Below, in pieces: positions 36,591-49,968 of a stretch of DNA of 64,000 nt; position 1 is the first letter of the stretch, and each line of letters opens with the position of its first letter. The stretch comes from Octopus bimaculoides (taxonomy: Eukaryota): positions 47,989,538 to 48,053,537 of the forward strand of contig NC_068986.1 of the NCBI RefSeq assembly GCF_001194135.2. The letters run 5' to 3'. The notes beneath the pieces are model-generated. The model saw only the letters and a program-made list of their open reading frames with translations, had not been told where the DNA came from and did not search any database. Made by a program: the position numbers and the translations under genes.

Positions 36591-37468
36591 TAATATCATC
36601 ATTTTTTGTAACAACTTCACACTCCCTATGGAAGGTCCTTTAGTTTTTAAAGGAGCAGATTAGCGGAATCGATAATGCATCGGTCAAAATTCCAGCAGTA
36701 TTTAGTTACAACCCTCTATGTTCTGAGTTCAAATAGTGCCGAGGCAAACTTTGTCTCTCATCTTTCCGGAGTCGATAATAAAGTACTAGCCAAGGAATAG
36801 GTTAGATGTAATCAACTACACTCTTCCTTGTAAATGATGTTTGTGGTTTTGGGTCAAATATAAATAACCATGTAATTCTCGTCCAAAAAATAGAATCATC
36901 GGAGAAATAGTTTGCGCTACTTCAGCTGACACCGAAATTCTGTTTCCGGTGTAAACTGAAATATACATATACGGAACAGAAAACATGACCTGAAATAAAA
37001 TCTGATTTGTATGTTGTAGTTTCCATGATTATTGTTTTCTTAATTATTTTAATTAATTTTATAATAATTCACATACTTATAAACTCTGTAAAAAGATATT
37101 CGGATCAAGTTTTATATTTCTAATCTCTTAAAATAATGCCGATTATCACGTAATTGCAAAGATCATAAAGACACCGGTACTCGTTGTTTATCAATCAGCA
37201 TTGATTGAACAAATCTTTGATCAATTGTAAGTCTAACTGTAGTAAATTATCCTGTCTTAGTTGCCGCTACCAGTATACAACATTATTCCAAAGTGCCCTG
37301 AGGGAGTTTGGTGGCTATTTTGTAGAGCTCTAATTTTTTAAATAAAATATTAGGTTTTATGATGCAAAACTAAAACAAAAATACTAATATCCACCTATCT
37401 TGCATCGCTATGGTCGTCGTCATCGTCATCATCTATATATATGTATATGTGTACCCGGTTATCAGTCC

Positions 37469-37541
37469 GCCCGCATAGCTCAGTCGGTAGAGCATCAGAC
37501 TTTTAATCTGAGGGTCGCGGGTTCAAGTCCCTCTGCGGGCG
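37469..37541 (+). tRNA. trnK-UUU: tRNA-Lys, anticodon TTT
   Basis: GCCCGCATAGCTCAGTCGGTAGAGCATCAGACTTTTAATCTGAGGGTCGCGGGTTCAAGTCCCTCTGCGGGCG; 73 nt, 7-bp acceptor stem GCCCGCA/TGCGGGC, A and B boxes intact, D and anticodon arms as in metazoan tRNA-Lys(UUU). One C-U mismatch in the T stem. Confidence 0.93.
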
Positions 37542-37549
37542 TACATTTG

Positions 37550-37554
37550 TTTTT
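37550..37554 (+). terminator. Pol III terminator (T5) of the tRNA-Lys gene
   Basis: TTTTT begins 9 nt after the discriminator base. Confidence 0.75.
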
Positions 37555-39189
37555 ATGGTCGTTTGCCAGAATGAGTGCCTCTGTATAGGTGAAACAAAAT
37601 AAAGAGTATATATAAATGTTGGATAATTGTATACACTTGAATCATCTATTTTTTTTTTTTTTTGCTGTAGTTACAGCTCAAAGCTGCAGCCATGCTGATG
37701 CTCCGCCGTTGAATAAATAATCATTTGATTGCGGCCATGTGGGAGCACCACCTTAAGGGATTTTAGTCGAACAAATTGACTGCAGGACTTTGTCTTTCTA
37801 TGCCAAGTACTTATTCTATCGGTCTCAGAAATATTTGCCTGTGAATTTGGAGAATTTGGATGAAATATGCTTGCAGGTGAAGCCGCCTCTAATCATTTGG
37901 CTCTCGGTATTCATTCATTTGCGGTTTTACAGTTGTAATGAGTCTTATAAAATACTGAAATCACTGCGATGTCAGCCTAAATTGAGTTTATTTCCTTCTA
38001 AATTAATGAATCACTTGTAAATTTTAGTACTGTTTAATACACCGAAATGTGTTTACATGGTAATGCTAACAATAATAATTTTAAAAAATCCCGAATTACA
38101 AGTGTTTCAGAATGTGAAATACAATAAAATGACGAAAAATTACAGTCAAGAAAAATTATTTTAGTGGTGGCTGTTGTTTCGAAGGCACAATGGGAGGTGT
38201 GAGAGGTGGATGACAGAAGTTTGAAAGACATAGATTATTTATTTACTCATTTATTTGTTTATTTATTTATTTTATTGACTCACCCTACTCATTGTTTTGA
38301 AATGTATGATATTAAATTATTTAGAAAACTCCCGAAAAAGACCCAACAAAAACGGAGAAGTTCCGACTTCTGTGGAACAGCTACTTTGACAGTCCACCCA
38401 AACGAGTACTGATTAGAGTTTTCTAAGGCTGAATACTTACAAGTCTGATCACGTCAAGTCAAAACACTTTATAAAGCAAAATCATAATTACCGCTTCCTA
38501 CGGCTTAAAAAGAAATCCAAGGGAAATAACACTATATTAGTTCTTATCTAAGGGAGAGAACCCTTACTGTCTGTTAAGGCAATTAGTACGAGAAGGAAAG
38601 CAAAAACAATAAGAAAAACGTTACGAAATCGTATAGTCGTTATCGTAGGTGGTAGAATACCATGGCAACTGAATATAGTACCTAAGACCAGACGGATACG
38701 TCATCTATTCCGATCTCACCATTAGTGTTTCTTTAGTTTAAGCTAAAGAGACACTAATGAAACGTATACTACATACTACAAGCTTAACAAAAGAGGGAAA
38801 AATAGAGAGAAAAGGACCCCCTTTAGTCATGAATGACCATGGGATTGAGCCTAAAAGGTTCCCCTCCGAGGCACAAGTCCGGGCAAAGTTGTTTATGGAA
38901 GACCAGCAATCACCCATGCATACTAGCCTTCCCCTATTCACGATACCGATGTTATCCAAAGGAAAAGCAAGGACCGATACAGCTTGGCACCAGTGATGTC
39001 GCCACTCATTTCTACAGCTGAGTGAACTGGAGCAATGTGAAATAAAGTGTCTTGTTCAAGAGCGCAACACTCAGCCCGGCCCGGCCCGGTAATCGAGTTC
39101 ACTACTTCAAGATTGTGAACCCGACACTCTAACCACTGAGCCACGCACCTTCACAAACTTAACAAACCTATTTTTATTTCCCCTACTCT

Positions 39190-40090
39190 ACACTAATCTC
39201 ACCATAGAGTCAGAAGTGCAATGGCTTCTTCACTCACTCCAAACTAAGTAGACTACATTATTGCTTCCACCATCTTCAATTAGAGCTCTTATAAGACATT
39301 TTCTTTTCCAAGAAAACACTTCAATCTATTTCTCTTACAGAGAAACGTGCCATTGTATCTAGTCCTCTTATTGCTATGTATTGTTCTCACTGATATCTGA
39401 AAGCACCCATTCTCTTCACCACTTTGAATCTCTTTCACTCCTCAATGGCATTTAGTACAGTTTCTGTAGGATCAGATTAAGAACAAATCTGATATCATAC
39501 GCCAAGTGGTGTCTCGCCTTTGAGATTATTGGCGAAATTAATGCTGTTGCGTTGCAATTGACAGTAAAGATTTTGATCGTATCTAACAAGACAATACTTT
39601 AGTGAATTTAGACGCATTTATGCTCATCACAATTCTTGAAGTTTGCTATGAGATCGTAACTAGAACAACTCGTCCCACATTCTATAACAACACTGATATG
39701 TCTTGTAGTTCAGTTACATATACTACAGTCTTCTCTCCGTACATTAATAACATTCCCACTGTCATTTCTAAGCACACAAGCTCTAATGCAGATGATAACA
39801 TCATTAATTTCACCTTAATCTTTCGCACACTGACATCAGCCAGTGTTTCAATTAGTTATTAGATACAAACTACATATATAAAGAAAATAGTGTTGTACTA
39901 TATCTACATTTCTCACCAACAGCTAAATACCCCGAATTCACAACAAATGCCCCGATGCTGATTGCTACTCATAGTAACTTCACGTGAATAACAGATTCAA
40001 ATTTAAATCTCCACGAAAATTTTAAGATTTCATTAACTGATAACTCATTCTGGTATTCTATTTCGCTTCACTTGTGTACCTTATGTCTCT
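39190..40090 (+). mobile_element. Highly decayed LINE RT fragment (same broad group)
   Basis: Degenerate ALDxSKAFDR (~39550) and YINNI...NADDN (~39740-39800) motifs. Confidence 0.55.
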
Positions 40091-40430
40091 GAAAAAAGAT
40101 CTTAAGATCGCAATACTTTAAATAATTTTACATTCGTAAGAGATCTTCGTAAATATTTCAAGGTTACAATTACCCGCTTTTTTTTTGCTTTTTTAGGAAT
40201 ACAATTAATTTTGGTTAATTAAGAAATCAATTTTAAAAGCTTGTGTTTGCGAGTCATTTTGTATTTGTAAACCTAATTTCTTTTACTGCAGTTTCCAAAA
40301 AAAGCATAACACCTTGCAACCGCTCTTTCTTTCCTTTATATCACCGAATCTCGTGCCTCTTTTCGATCAAGGAAAACAGGAAAGTAAATCTAAGATTACT
40401 AGCTTTATATCATGGGCAATATTTTATGGA

Positions 40431-40813
40431 GTGGAGGCGCAATGGCCTAGTGGTTAGGGCAGTGGACTCGTGGTCATAGGATCGTGGTTTCGATTCCCAG
40501 ACCGGGCGTTGTGAGTGTTTATTGAGGGAAAGCACCTAAAGCTCCACGAGGCTCCGGCAGGGGATGGTGGCGAACCCTGCTGTACTCTATCACCACAACT
40601 TTCTCTCAATTTTACTTCCTGTTTCTGTTGTACCTGTAATTCAAAGGGTCAACCTTGTCACACTGTGTCACGCTGAATATCCCCGAGAACTACGTTAAGG
40701 GTACACGTGTCTGTGGAGTGCTCAGCCACTTGTACGTTAATTTCACGAGCAGGCTGTTCCGTTGATCGGATCAACTGGAACCCTCGACGTCGTAAGCGAC
40801 GGAGTGCCAACAA
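40431..40813 (+). mobile_element. SINE family A
   Basis: Full-length copy. Confidence 0.9.
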
Positions 40814-41627
40814 ATCTTTCGTCTGCGCGGAAAGAGAAGTTTAGTCTCTGTAGTATTATATTGTAGACTACGCTATATATTTATTCTATACTGTTTTTGG
40901 ATTGTTATGTTGACTTCGAAGTCAACACTGTGAATTGAGTGTACTGAAGCACACAACACTTGAGCAGAAACTAGAAAGGTAGCATTTGGTCGCATGGAAG
41001 ATATTACTTTTATAGTATTAGTTAGACCAGAAATTTAAGTTGGCGAGCTGGTAGAATCGTTAGCATGCAGAGCAAAATGCTTAGCGACATTTCGTCCGTC
41101 TTTACGTTCTGAGTTTAAGCTCCATAGGGGTCGGCTTTACCTTTAATTGCTTTCGGGCTCAATAAAATAAGTGCCTGTTGAACACCGAGGTCGATCCTCT
41201 ACTCCAAAATTACTAACTTTGTGCCAAAATTTGAAATCATTAATTACACCAGAAATTTATTTTGAACAGCATGCGTAAGTTATGGAAACATTCAGTATCT
41301 TTGCTCTGTATCAGCTCCATGAGCGAATCCATGCCTGACGGAAGCTGGTTAAAGGTCAGGATATATCTGTTTTGTATTTTCATTCACCCAGATCAACATG
41401 TGAATAGAAAATGTGGTGAGGTGACAAATAGGAGAAATCTTACACATTGAGAAAGCTGTATCCAAAAGATCGAGTTGACCTGCCGACTATATTCATCTTT
41501 CCGGTGTTCAAAATATTACATAGCGTTCGTATTTTGTTCTTGTCAATATCTAACTATGCAGAAATACTTAATCTTAAGTCTTTTTATGGAAATACAAGGT
41601 TGTCTTGGTTAGAAGGTCTATCTGCCG

Positions 41628-41640
41628 CAGCCGCAGCCGC

Positions 41641-41688
<48 letters not shown>

Positions 41689-41760
41689 CTCCTCCTCCTC
41701 CTCCTCCTCCTCCTCTGCCGCCTCCGCCGCCTCCGCCGTCGCTGCCTTCGCCGCCGCTAC
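41628..41760. repeat. GCC/GTC/TCC trinucleotide tract
   Basis: Seen directly in the sequence. Confidence 0.95.
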
Positions 41761-42354
41761 TGTTTCTACAAGTCATTTAAGAGTTTCTAGATTTAACTTT
41801 GCACAAATTTTTAATGGGCTGTTGACATCGAGAGATCATACATGCTTAAGAGTATTGTCAATTAAACACTCAAGAGATGCAAATAGAAATTAAACAATTC
41901 CCTACACATTTACTCAAATACGAACGGATCACCTATCAAATCGCAATGTTTTATTGTCGAAGAAGGTAGCGAGCTGGCAGAATAGTTAGCACGCCGGACA
42001 AAATGCATAGCGGTATTTCGTACGTCTTTACATTCTGAGTTCAAATCCTACCTTGGTCCACTTTGCTTTTCATCCTTCCAGGATCGATAAAATAAATACC
42101 AGTGAAATACTAGTGTCGATGTAATCAACTTATTCTTCCCCACAAATTGTTGGTCTCCTATCAAAATTTAAAACCAATATTTTATGGCCGAATAGCTAAA
42201 GGGAAGTAATTCAAATAAAAGTACTTAAAAGTTACTTCCCTTTAAAAGGAACGTGTGTGTGCTTGTCTGTGTAGATATATTTATAAATTCCGTTTTGTAT
42301 GTATATATTTTGTTTTTGCATTTGGTTTGCAAGATTCTTCATGTTGAAGCATAT

Positions 42355-42483
42355 TTTATTGTCTCTGGGAAGAATCGTTCTCTCTTAGTGCCTTATTAAT
42401 TCAACACACTCACCGGTCCGGTTTCCAAAAGACGTTGAAAAGTTTGCAAGACGCAACGAAAATTATATTTAAAAATGAATGAA

Positions 42484-42514
<31 letters not shown>

Positions 42515-42596
42515 AGAAATAAATGGAAACCAGATCGGTGAATGTGTTAAATTAATAAGGCACTAAGAGAGAATGACTCTCCCCAGACACAATAAA
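42355..42596. mobile_element. Foldback MITE with ~73-bp inverted arms around an (AATA)n core
   Basis: 42355-42427 is the near reverse complement of 42524-42596. Confidence 0.8.
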
Positions 42597-44271
42597 GTAG
42601 TTATATATTTTTTCCTATTTCGAGGAATTTGTGTTCGTTTTTTGGCCGTTTTGATTGTAATTAATTCGGTCACGTTTTGATTTAAAATAAATTTTGTCGA
42701 AATTATAGTAGTTTTTCGCTATTTTTAGGTCAATGTAATTAATACCAGCAATTTCTGAGTTCATTGAGGCGATCAAACCAATCTTTTACGGTCATTATCA
42801 GGATGTATTAGGACTTGCAAAACCAACGGGATCACTTAACTAAATAAAGTTGTTCTAATTTTGGCACAATGCCAGCAATTTTGAGAGGAGGGTGCAAAAT
42901 CGATTACATCGGTTCTAGTACTTGACTGGTACTTATTTTATCGTACCGGAAAGGGTAAAACGCAATGTTGGCCTCATAGTATGTCAAATCCGTACGTAAA
43001 GGGACGGAAGAAATGTTATCTAACATTTTGTCCGGCACGGTGACGATTCAACCAGCTCGCCTCCTTAATAAAGTTTGAAATATTAAGTATTAAATTTCTG
43101 CCTTATAAATGCGGTTTACATAGGAGTCATCTTTGCTATCGATGTTTTATCTTTTATCTCTTACCTGTTTAGTCAGTCATTGGACTGCGGCCCTAGTACT
43201 TATCGTTTTTTAAACCTTCTACTTATTCCATCGGCCTCTATTGCCGAGCCGACGATCCTCTTTTTCTTCTGACTAACTAATAACGCCTCACTCAACGTCT
43301 TGAGTGCAGCTTGCCTCCCCCCCCCCAGTATTAGTTAGCGCATGTTTAGATTGTCAGAGATGAGGCAATTAAAATCATTAGCTTTACAGATATATACGCA
43401 GGTGTGGCTGTGTGGTAAGTAGTCTGCTTCCCAACCACATGGTTCTGGGTTCAGTCCCATTGCGTGGCACCTTGTGCAAGTTTCTCCTACTAAAGCCTCG
43501 GGCCAAACAAAACTTTGTGAGTGGTTTTGATAGACGAAAATTGAAAGAAACCCATCGTATANNNNNNNNNNNNNNNNNNNNNNNNNNNNNNNNNNNNNNN
43601 NNNNNNNNNNNNNNNNNNNNNNNNNNNNNNNNNNNNNNNNNNNNNNNNNNNNNNNNNNNNNNNNNNNNNNNNNNNNNNNNNNNNNNNNNNNNNNNNNNNN
43701 NNNNNNNNNNNNNNNNNNNNNNNNNNNNNNNNNNNNNNNNNNNNNNNNNNNNNNNNNNNNNNNNNNNNNNNNNNNNNNNNNNNNNNNNNNNNNNNNNNNN
43801 NNNNNNNNNNNNNNNNNNNNNNNNNNNNNNNNNNNNNNNNNNNNNNNNNNNNNNNNNNNNNNNNNNNNNNNNNNNNNNNNNNNNNNNNNNNNNNNNNNNN
43901 NNNNNNNNNNNNNNNNNNNNNNNNNNNNNNNNNNNNNNNNNNNNNNNNNNNNNNNNNNNNNNNNNNNNNNNNNNNNNNNNNNNNNNNNNNNNNNNNNNNN
44001 NNNNNNNNNNNNNNNNNNNNNNNNNNNNNNNNNNNNNNNNNNNNNNNNNNNNNNNNNNNNNNNNNNNNNNNNNNNNNNNNNNNNNNNNNNNNNNNNNNNN
44101 NNNNNNNNNNNNNNNNNNNNNNNNNNNNNNNNNNNNNNNNNNNNNNNNNNNNNNNNNNNNNNNNNNNNNNNNNNNNNNNNNNNNNNNNNNNNNNNNNNNN
44201 NNNNNNNNNNNNNNNNNNNNNNNNNNNNNNNNNNNNNNNNNNNNNNNNNNNNNNNNNNNNNNNNNNNNNNN

Positions 44272-44316
<45 letters not shown>

Positions 44317-44737
44317 GTGTATTTTGGTGTCTATGCTTGTCCTCCCATCATCTCTTGAAACCGATGTTGGTGTGTTTAGGTCCCCGTAACTTAGCAGTTC
44401 GGCCAAATGGACCGATAGAATAAGTACTAGGCTTACAAAGAATAAGTCCTGAGGTCGATTTGTTTGACTAAAGGCAGTATCCACCATGGCCGCAGTCAAA
44501 ATGACTGAAACAAGTAAAAGAATAAACGAATAAACGAATACACGTGGTACATGCAAAGTATTAAAAGACGGTGTGGGAAAGAAAGGTTGCTTAACGTTTC
44601 GAGCAAAGCTCTTCTTCAGAAGCAGGAGACAATATATATATATACATATAGATACATACATGCATACATACGTACATACATACATACATACATACATACA
44701 TACATACATACATACATACATACATGCATGCATGCAT

Positions 44738-44768
<31 letters not shown>

Positions 44769-44841
44769 NNNNNNNNNNNNNNNNNNNNNNNNNNNNNNNN
44801 NNNNNNNNNNNNNNNNNNNNNNNNNNNNNNNNNNNNNNNNN

Positions 44842-45108
44842 AGGTTAGTTGAAATATGTCTGTCATGTATTTCAACTGCTAAAAGCAAATACACACCAGT
44901 TACCGTGGAGAAAAATTCTCTCTTATGGTAAAAAGATGTAAAATCACCCCGTTCGTTCAGTGTCGCCCTTTCTCAGGAATCTTAGACATCGGCGTTTCGA
45001 GTTTATTGACTCTTGATGAGATGTGCCCTAGAGAGGCAATCCTCTCTAAGGTACAGTGTATTTGCCGTTAGCAGTTGAAATATGTGACAAACATATTTCA
45101 ACTAACCT
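44842..45108. mobile_element. MITE with ~53-bp TIRs that are themselves hairpins
   Basis: Left arm AGGTTAGTTGAAATATG…ATTTCAACTGCTAA…GCAAATACAC is mirrored at 45056-45108. The left end abuts an N gap. Confidence 0.75.
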
Positions 45109-45171
45109 AAATTGTAATTATACGTAAACACTGCTTAGCGCAATTTCTCTGATATATATATATATATCGTA

Positions 45172-45542
45172 GTGGACGCGCAATGGCCAGTGGTTAGGGC
45201 AGCGGAATCGCGGTCATAGGATCGCGGTTTCAATCCCCAGACCGGGCGTTGTGAGTGTTTATTGAGCGAAAACACCTAAAACTCCACGAGGCTCCGGCAG
45301 GAGATGGTGGCGAATCCTGCTGTACTCTTTCACCACAACTCTCTCACTCTTACTTCCTGTTTTTGTTGTGCCTGTATTTCAAAGGGTCAGCCTTGTCACA
45401 CTGTGTCACGCTGAATATCCCGAGAACTACTTTCAGGGTACACGTGTCTGTGGAGTGCTCAGCCACTTGCACGTTAATTTCACGAGCAGGCTGTTCCGTT
45501 GATCCCTCGACGTCGTAAGCGACGGAGTGCCAACAACAACAA
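45172..45542 (+). mobile_element. SINE family A
   Basis: Full-length copy with a small internal deletion near the 3' end. Confidence 0.9.
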
Positions 45543-47824
45543 TATATCGTAGATACAGTATGGCCACCAAATAGTTTAGAAGTTACATTCGCAGCCATGA
45601 GATGCTGGTTTCGATCGCACTACGAAGTATCTTGGAATGATACAGTGATATACTCCTTTCGATTTTATTGATAACTTGCTTAAAAGCCGCACTCCGTGCG
45701 AACTTTTAAGCTAGCTCCCACGGAGGGCTAATTGGGCTAGCGACCCTAAACTGAAGAGATCTAAATAGCATGATTATAATACATCTATAATTACTTTGTA
45801 CCTCGGTGGTGATTGATCAGAGGTTAAGGACGGATGAGAATTAATTCTGTAAAGTAATCATTCTATTGTTCCAATACCAAGTTGAATTCCAACTGTTGGC
45901 CAATTTATCCCAAAGTTCTTATCTTGACGTAAAATTAACAAAGCAATTGTCATTTATCTCCCCGTGATCTTGACGTCGTCTGAAAACGCCAAGCAAGATG
46001 GCGTGAAGCAGCCAAGCTTTAGCTGCTAGAAATAGCAACCCAAATGCTTTTTGATCATATCCCAATGCTGGATGTTCAAGAACCTGATGAAGGGCAGATT
46101 TTTCAATCCCGGGTTCATCTTGATTCCAAAAAGTATAATATGTCTATGCAGAGCAAATGTAGACTACGATACAGGGATCCAGGACAGACAGAGTTTCGCG
46201 TTTATTATTTTAGATATCAAGATCTCTGCTCACAAAGTCTCTCTGTTTAAATCTCTCTGGTATCCCTTCCTTTCCTCATTCTCATTGTGTCAAACTTCTC
46301 AAATTGCACAAAACACTTGTTTCGTTCTCCCACTTTGAAAATTATCCCTTACATCTCGCTGGGCTCTCCCACCAACACTTTTATTGAAGATATTGAGCTA
46401 TATGCGCTGGGATGGCTGTGTATTTAAGCTGCTTGCTTTGCAACCACGTGGTTTTGGGTTCAGTCTCACTGCGTGGCATCTCGAATAAACTACGATAGCT
46501 CGTGGCCAACCAATACTTTTGGGGTGAAATTGGTTGGCGGAAACTGTGTAAAGACCCGTCATATATATATGTATGTGTATGTGCGTGTATGTGTGCGAGT
46601 GTGCAGCGTGCGTGTGCGTATGTGTGTGCGAGTGTGCGGCGTGCGTGCGTGTGCGTTTGCGCGCGTGTGTGTGCGTGTGTGTTCGGCGTGTGTGCGTGTG
46701 CCTGTGTTTCTCTCTGTGTGTGTGTGTGTGTGAGTGTCTTCATGTTGTTGACTTGTTTACGGTCCCGTAGCATGACGGTTCGGCAAATGACATCACTAGA
46801 ATAAGCCTCAGACTTAAAAATACGTACGCTGTCGATGTGTTCGACTATACCTTTTAACGTGGTGGCCTAGCATGGCCACAGTCCAGTGTAATGCGAAAGA
46901 TATGAAATAAAATATATAAATGTTCGAACCAAACACTAACCACATCAATCTCACCAGCCTGAAAAGATCAGCAAATGTCCAAATCTCAAGCAAATACCTT
47001 TATATTTCAGATTAAGCAGAGCAGACACTTTGGGTAATGTAGTCCGATGTATATATGATGTCTGAACCATGTAATCAAGAGACACAATGTTCAAGATTAG
47101 AACGGCCATTGGTTATAAGTTTACGCAATTAAGGAGACCCGCAAAGTTTGCATCGTTGAATCATTGCTATAAAGAACGCATAGGCAACCCTTATTCTTTC
47201 TTTTCCTGAGAAGTCGGTCACATGAGGCATGGCTCAACATCAGATGGGATACACTAGTGAGAAAAAATGTAATTTTTCGTTAAGAGTGCGATACAGAAAG
47301 CTCTGCTGGCTGAATTTCGGCCCTGGTTGATGCAAAATATTCAGAAAAAAAAAAAAAACAAAAAAAAACGGGGCCGTGCCCACGACCTTGGCTGACCTTC
47401 ACTACTGGTGAGACTTGGAACTAAAACAACAGCAACAACAACACCAACAACGACGATAAAACTAACAACAACTTTATGACAAATATACTTAATAATGGTT
47501 TTTGAGTTGAGAACAAGGCCAGCAGTTTCTTAGAAGAATTGGGTGTGTTAGTTGATAATTTTGAACCAAATATCTAACTGGTATTTATTTATTTTATCAA
47601 CCCCAGAAGGAAGAAAAGCGCAGGAACTGAAATCAGAACATAGAGTCGGAAGAATTAACTCGGAGACATTGTTTTTCTAACTCTCTAACAATTCTACCCG
47701 CTCGTCGCCTTTACAGTGTTAAATAATATTGTACAAAATTACAACTGCACAAAACCTTACAACCTTGTTATGAATAGCACTAATATAAAGCTGGTTGCAT
47801 AGCTCGGCCTGCTAGAAATAGCAT

Positions 47825-49185
47825 TGCATTCTACCCTACTATGTGGAATTGTAGTGACCTTTATGGTATTGCTTTGTATAGTATTGTGTTGTATCATAAC
47901 GCACTGTACTATATTGTACAGAAATGTATTTTATTTTGTTGCATTGTTTTGCACCGTACTGTCTTGTACTCTATTCTATAATATCATAGTATGTATGTGC
48001 CTTACTTAACGTGAATATACAGTAGAAAGCCTCCCATCTGCGATATTCATCTCGAGAAAGCATCTATAGAACATATAACATTAAAACGCATAGAGGAATA
48101 TCAGTGGCAAACTGTCCAGCAGCGGAGGTGGAAATGCTAAATATGTATTTCTACATCTTTGAGCATCATCAGGAGCAAGCACCCAGGGCAACCGCATGCC
48201 AAGACAAATTTCGTCACTACTAATATAGAAAAACAGTGATTAACAAATCACTAATGTCACAATTAGCCGGCAGGTTGCATAAAAGTTTGATATTAGCAAC
48301 GGAGCAGGATTAGTTCAAAAGAACATTCCGTATGTCATACTTAACGCATATATACTGTTGAAAGCCTGGAAAATACATTAATTGATCTACCTCGAGGAAG
48401 TATATTCCTGTGTTTCTTTTTTAACATTATATATTTATAGATGTTGTCTCGAGACAAATAGTGCAGCTTCCGAGCTTCCAACAGTATATTTGCACTAAGT
48501 GTGATAAACGCAATGCTATTTTGAACTAATACTGTCTCCTTCGCTAATAACGAAGTACTGTAATGTACTTCATTGTACTAAAGTCTATTGTAGTCTTATA
48601 TGTATTGTACAATCTTATATGTATGTATGGTACAGTCTTGTAATGCTTCATTGTAATCTGCTGTACTGTTCAGTATTATACAGTATTGTTTTACACTGTA
48701 TTCCATTGCATTATGTTTCGTCTCTTCTATTGAATATGTTGTAATACCTTATGTGGTATTACCTTGTAAAATTTTATCCTGTACTGTTTATCTTGTATGG
48801 TTTTGATTTTTACTATAATGTATTATAATGAAATCTACTCTACTGTAGTTTATTGCACTGTACTTTATTATATGATAGCGTAGTGTACTATAAAATAATG
48901 CACTGTACTATACTCTATTTTATTATCCTATATTATACTGTATTATTTTGTATCGTACTCTACTGTAGTACTGTATTGACTCGTGCTACACAGCACAGTA
49001 CTATTTTGAATTATATTGTAGAGGGATTGTACTCTTTTTCTTTGTATTGCAATGTGCAGTACAGCTTTGATTGTCTTATATTCTATTATACTACTTTCTA
49101 TTGTACTGTGTCATCGTACTGTATTGTATTGAGTGGTATTGTACCACATTTCACTGTATTGTATTGTATTCTAGGATTAGTTCTG
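47825..49185. repeat. Degenerate pentanucleotide satellite (TGTAT/TACTG-like)
   Basis: Visible 5-nt periodicity; it accounts for the Y/C/I/L-rich ORFs here. Confidence 0.8.
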
Positions 49186-49199
49186 TGATATGCTAACTC

Positions 49200-49900
49200 T
49201 TAATCAATTACAGTGTCCTAGGGTTGTTTTGCCTCCACCATATTTCATGCTACACATCAATGACCTACTTGCTGTCATTTCTAACAACGTCCTCTCTTAT
49301 CCAGATAATACGATTCCTATTCTTCATTTCTTTCTAATCTTCCCCGGCTGCGCATCATCCATATACAATCTAAATACAACACACGAAACTTGCACTGATT
49401 CTATGATTAGACACCTCGAGAGCATCCTCCACTGGAGCTATGACAATCATATATTCTTTAACAGAAAAAGAAAAGGAAGGAAACCGAAAAGTCTCAAGCA
49501 CCTAGTAATATCAAGAAAAAAGAAAAAAACAACCATTGATCTCACCCTAAACACGAGTTCTCGTGGTCGTTTCAAACGCTATGCTTCATAAGCATCGAAA
49601 ATCTCTCCTGGCGAAGCGCTTCCTTAGCAGAGCTACGACTGCATTTCAAAGACCGGTCTTACTCTTTAGGGCCAGAAAATATTTCAGTCCCTTAAAATTT
49701 CTGACTTACAAAGAAAGCTCAAGTGAGGTCCCCGTTCCCAATAAAGTATTGCTCCTATATCTGGGGTAGTGGTGCTGCTACGGACACAGATATCTTTTGG
49801 TCACATCAAGAAAAGAATCACTTAACTAACTGACATTAAATCACTAACTGACACGTTGCACCCACTGGCTCTCCGGTATGTTGTCTCTTGTCTCCATCTA
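49200..49900 (+). mobile_element. Decayed LINE reverse transcriptase fragment (CR1/L2/Jockey group)
   Basis: FMLHINDLL...LSYPDNT matches the RT YADD region, preceded by a degenerate GVPQGSVL. Further LINE-like 3' sequence resumes at 50868-51040, after the MITE. Confidence 0.75.
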
Positions 49901-49968
49901 CCTTTTCTACTACAACAGTAGTATTGTATATTAATACAATACTATGCAATACTATAACAGCCTCTGTT

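Noticed and set aside
40431-40505. tRNA-like heads of SINE families A-D as tRNA genes
   Set aside because: No closed acceptor stem, and each runs on into a repeated SINE body.
49200-49900. Nearby RT fragments (also 39190-40090) as the missing ORF2 of the ORF1-only element
   Set aside because: They lie outside its TSD, on the opposite strand, are heavily decayed, and look CR1/L2/Jockey-like without the shared 3' UTR.
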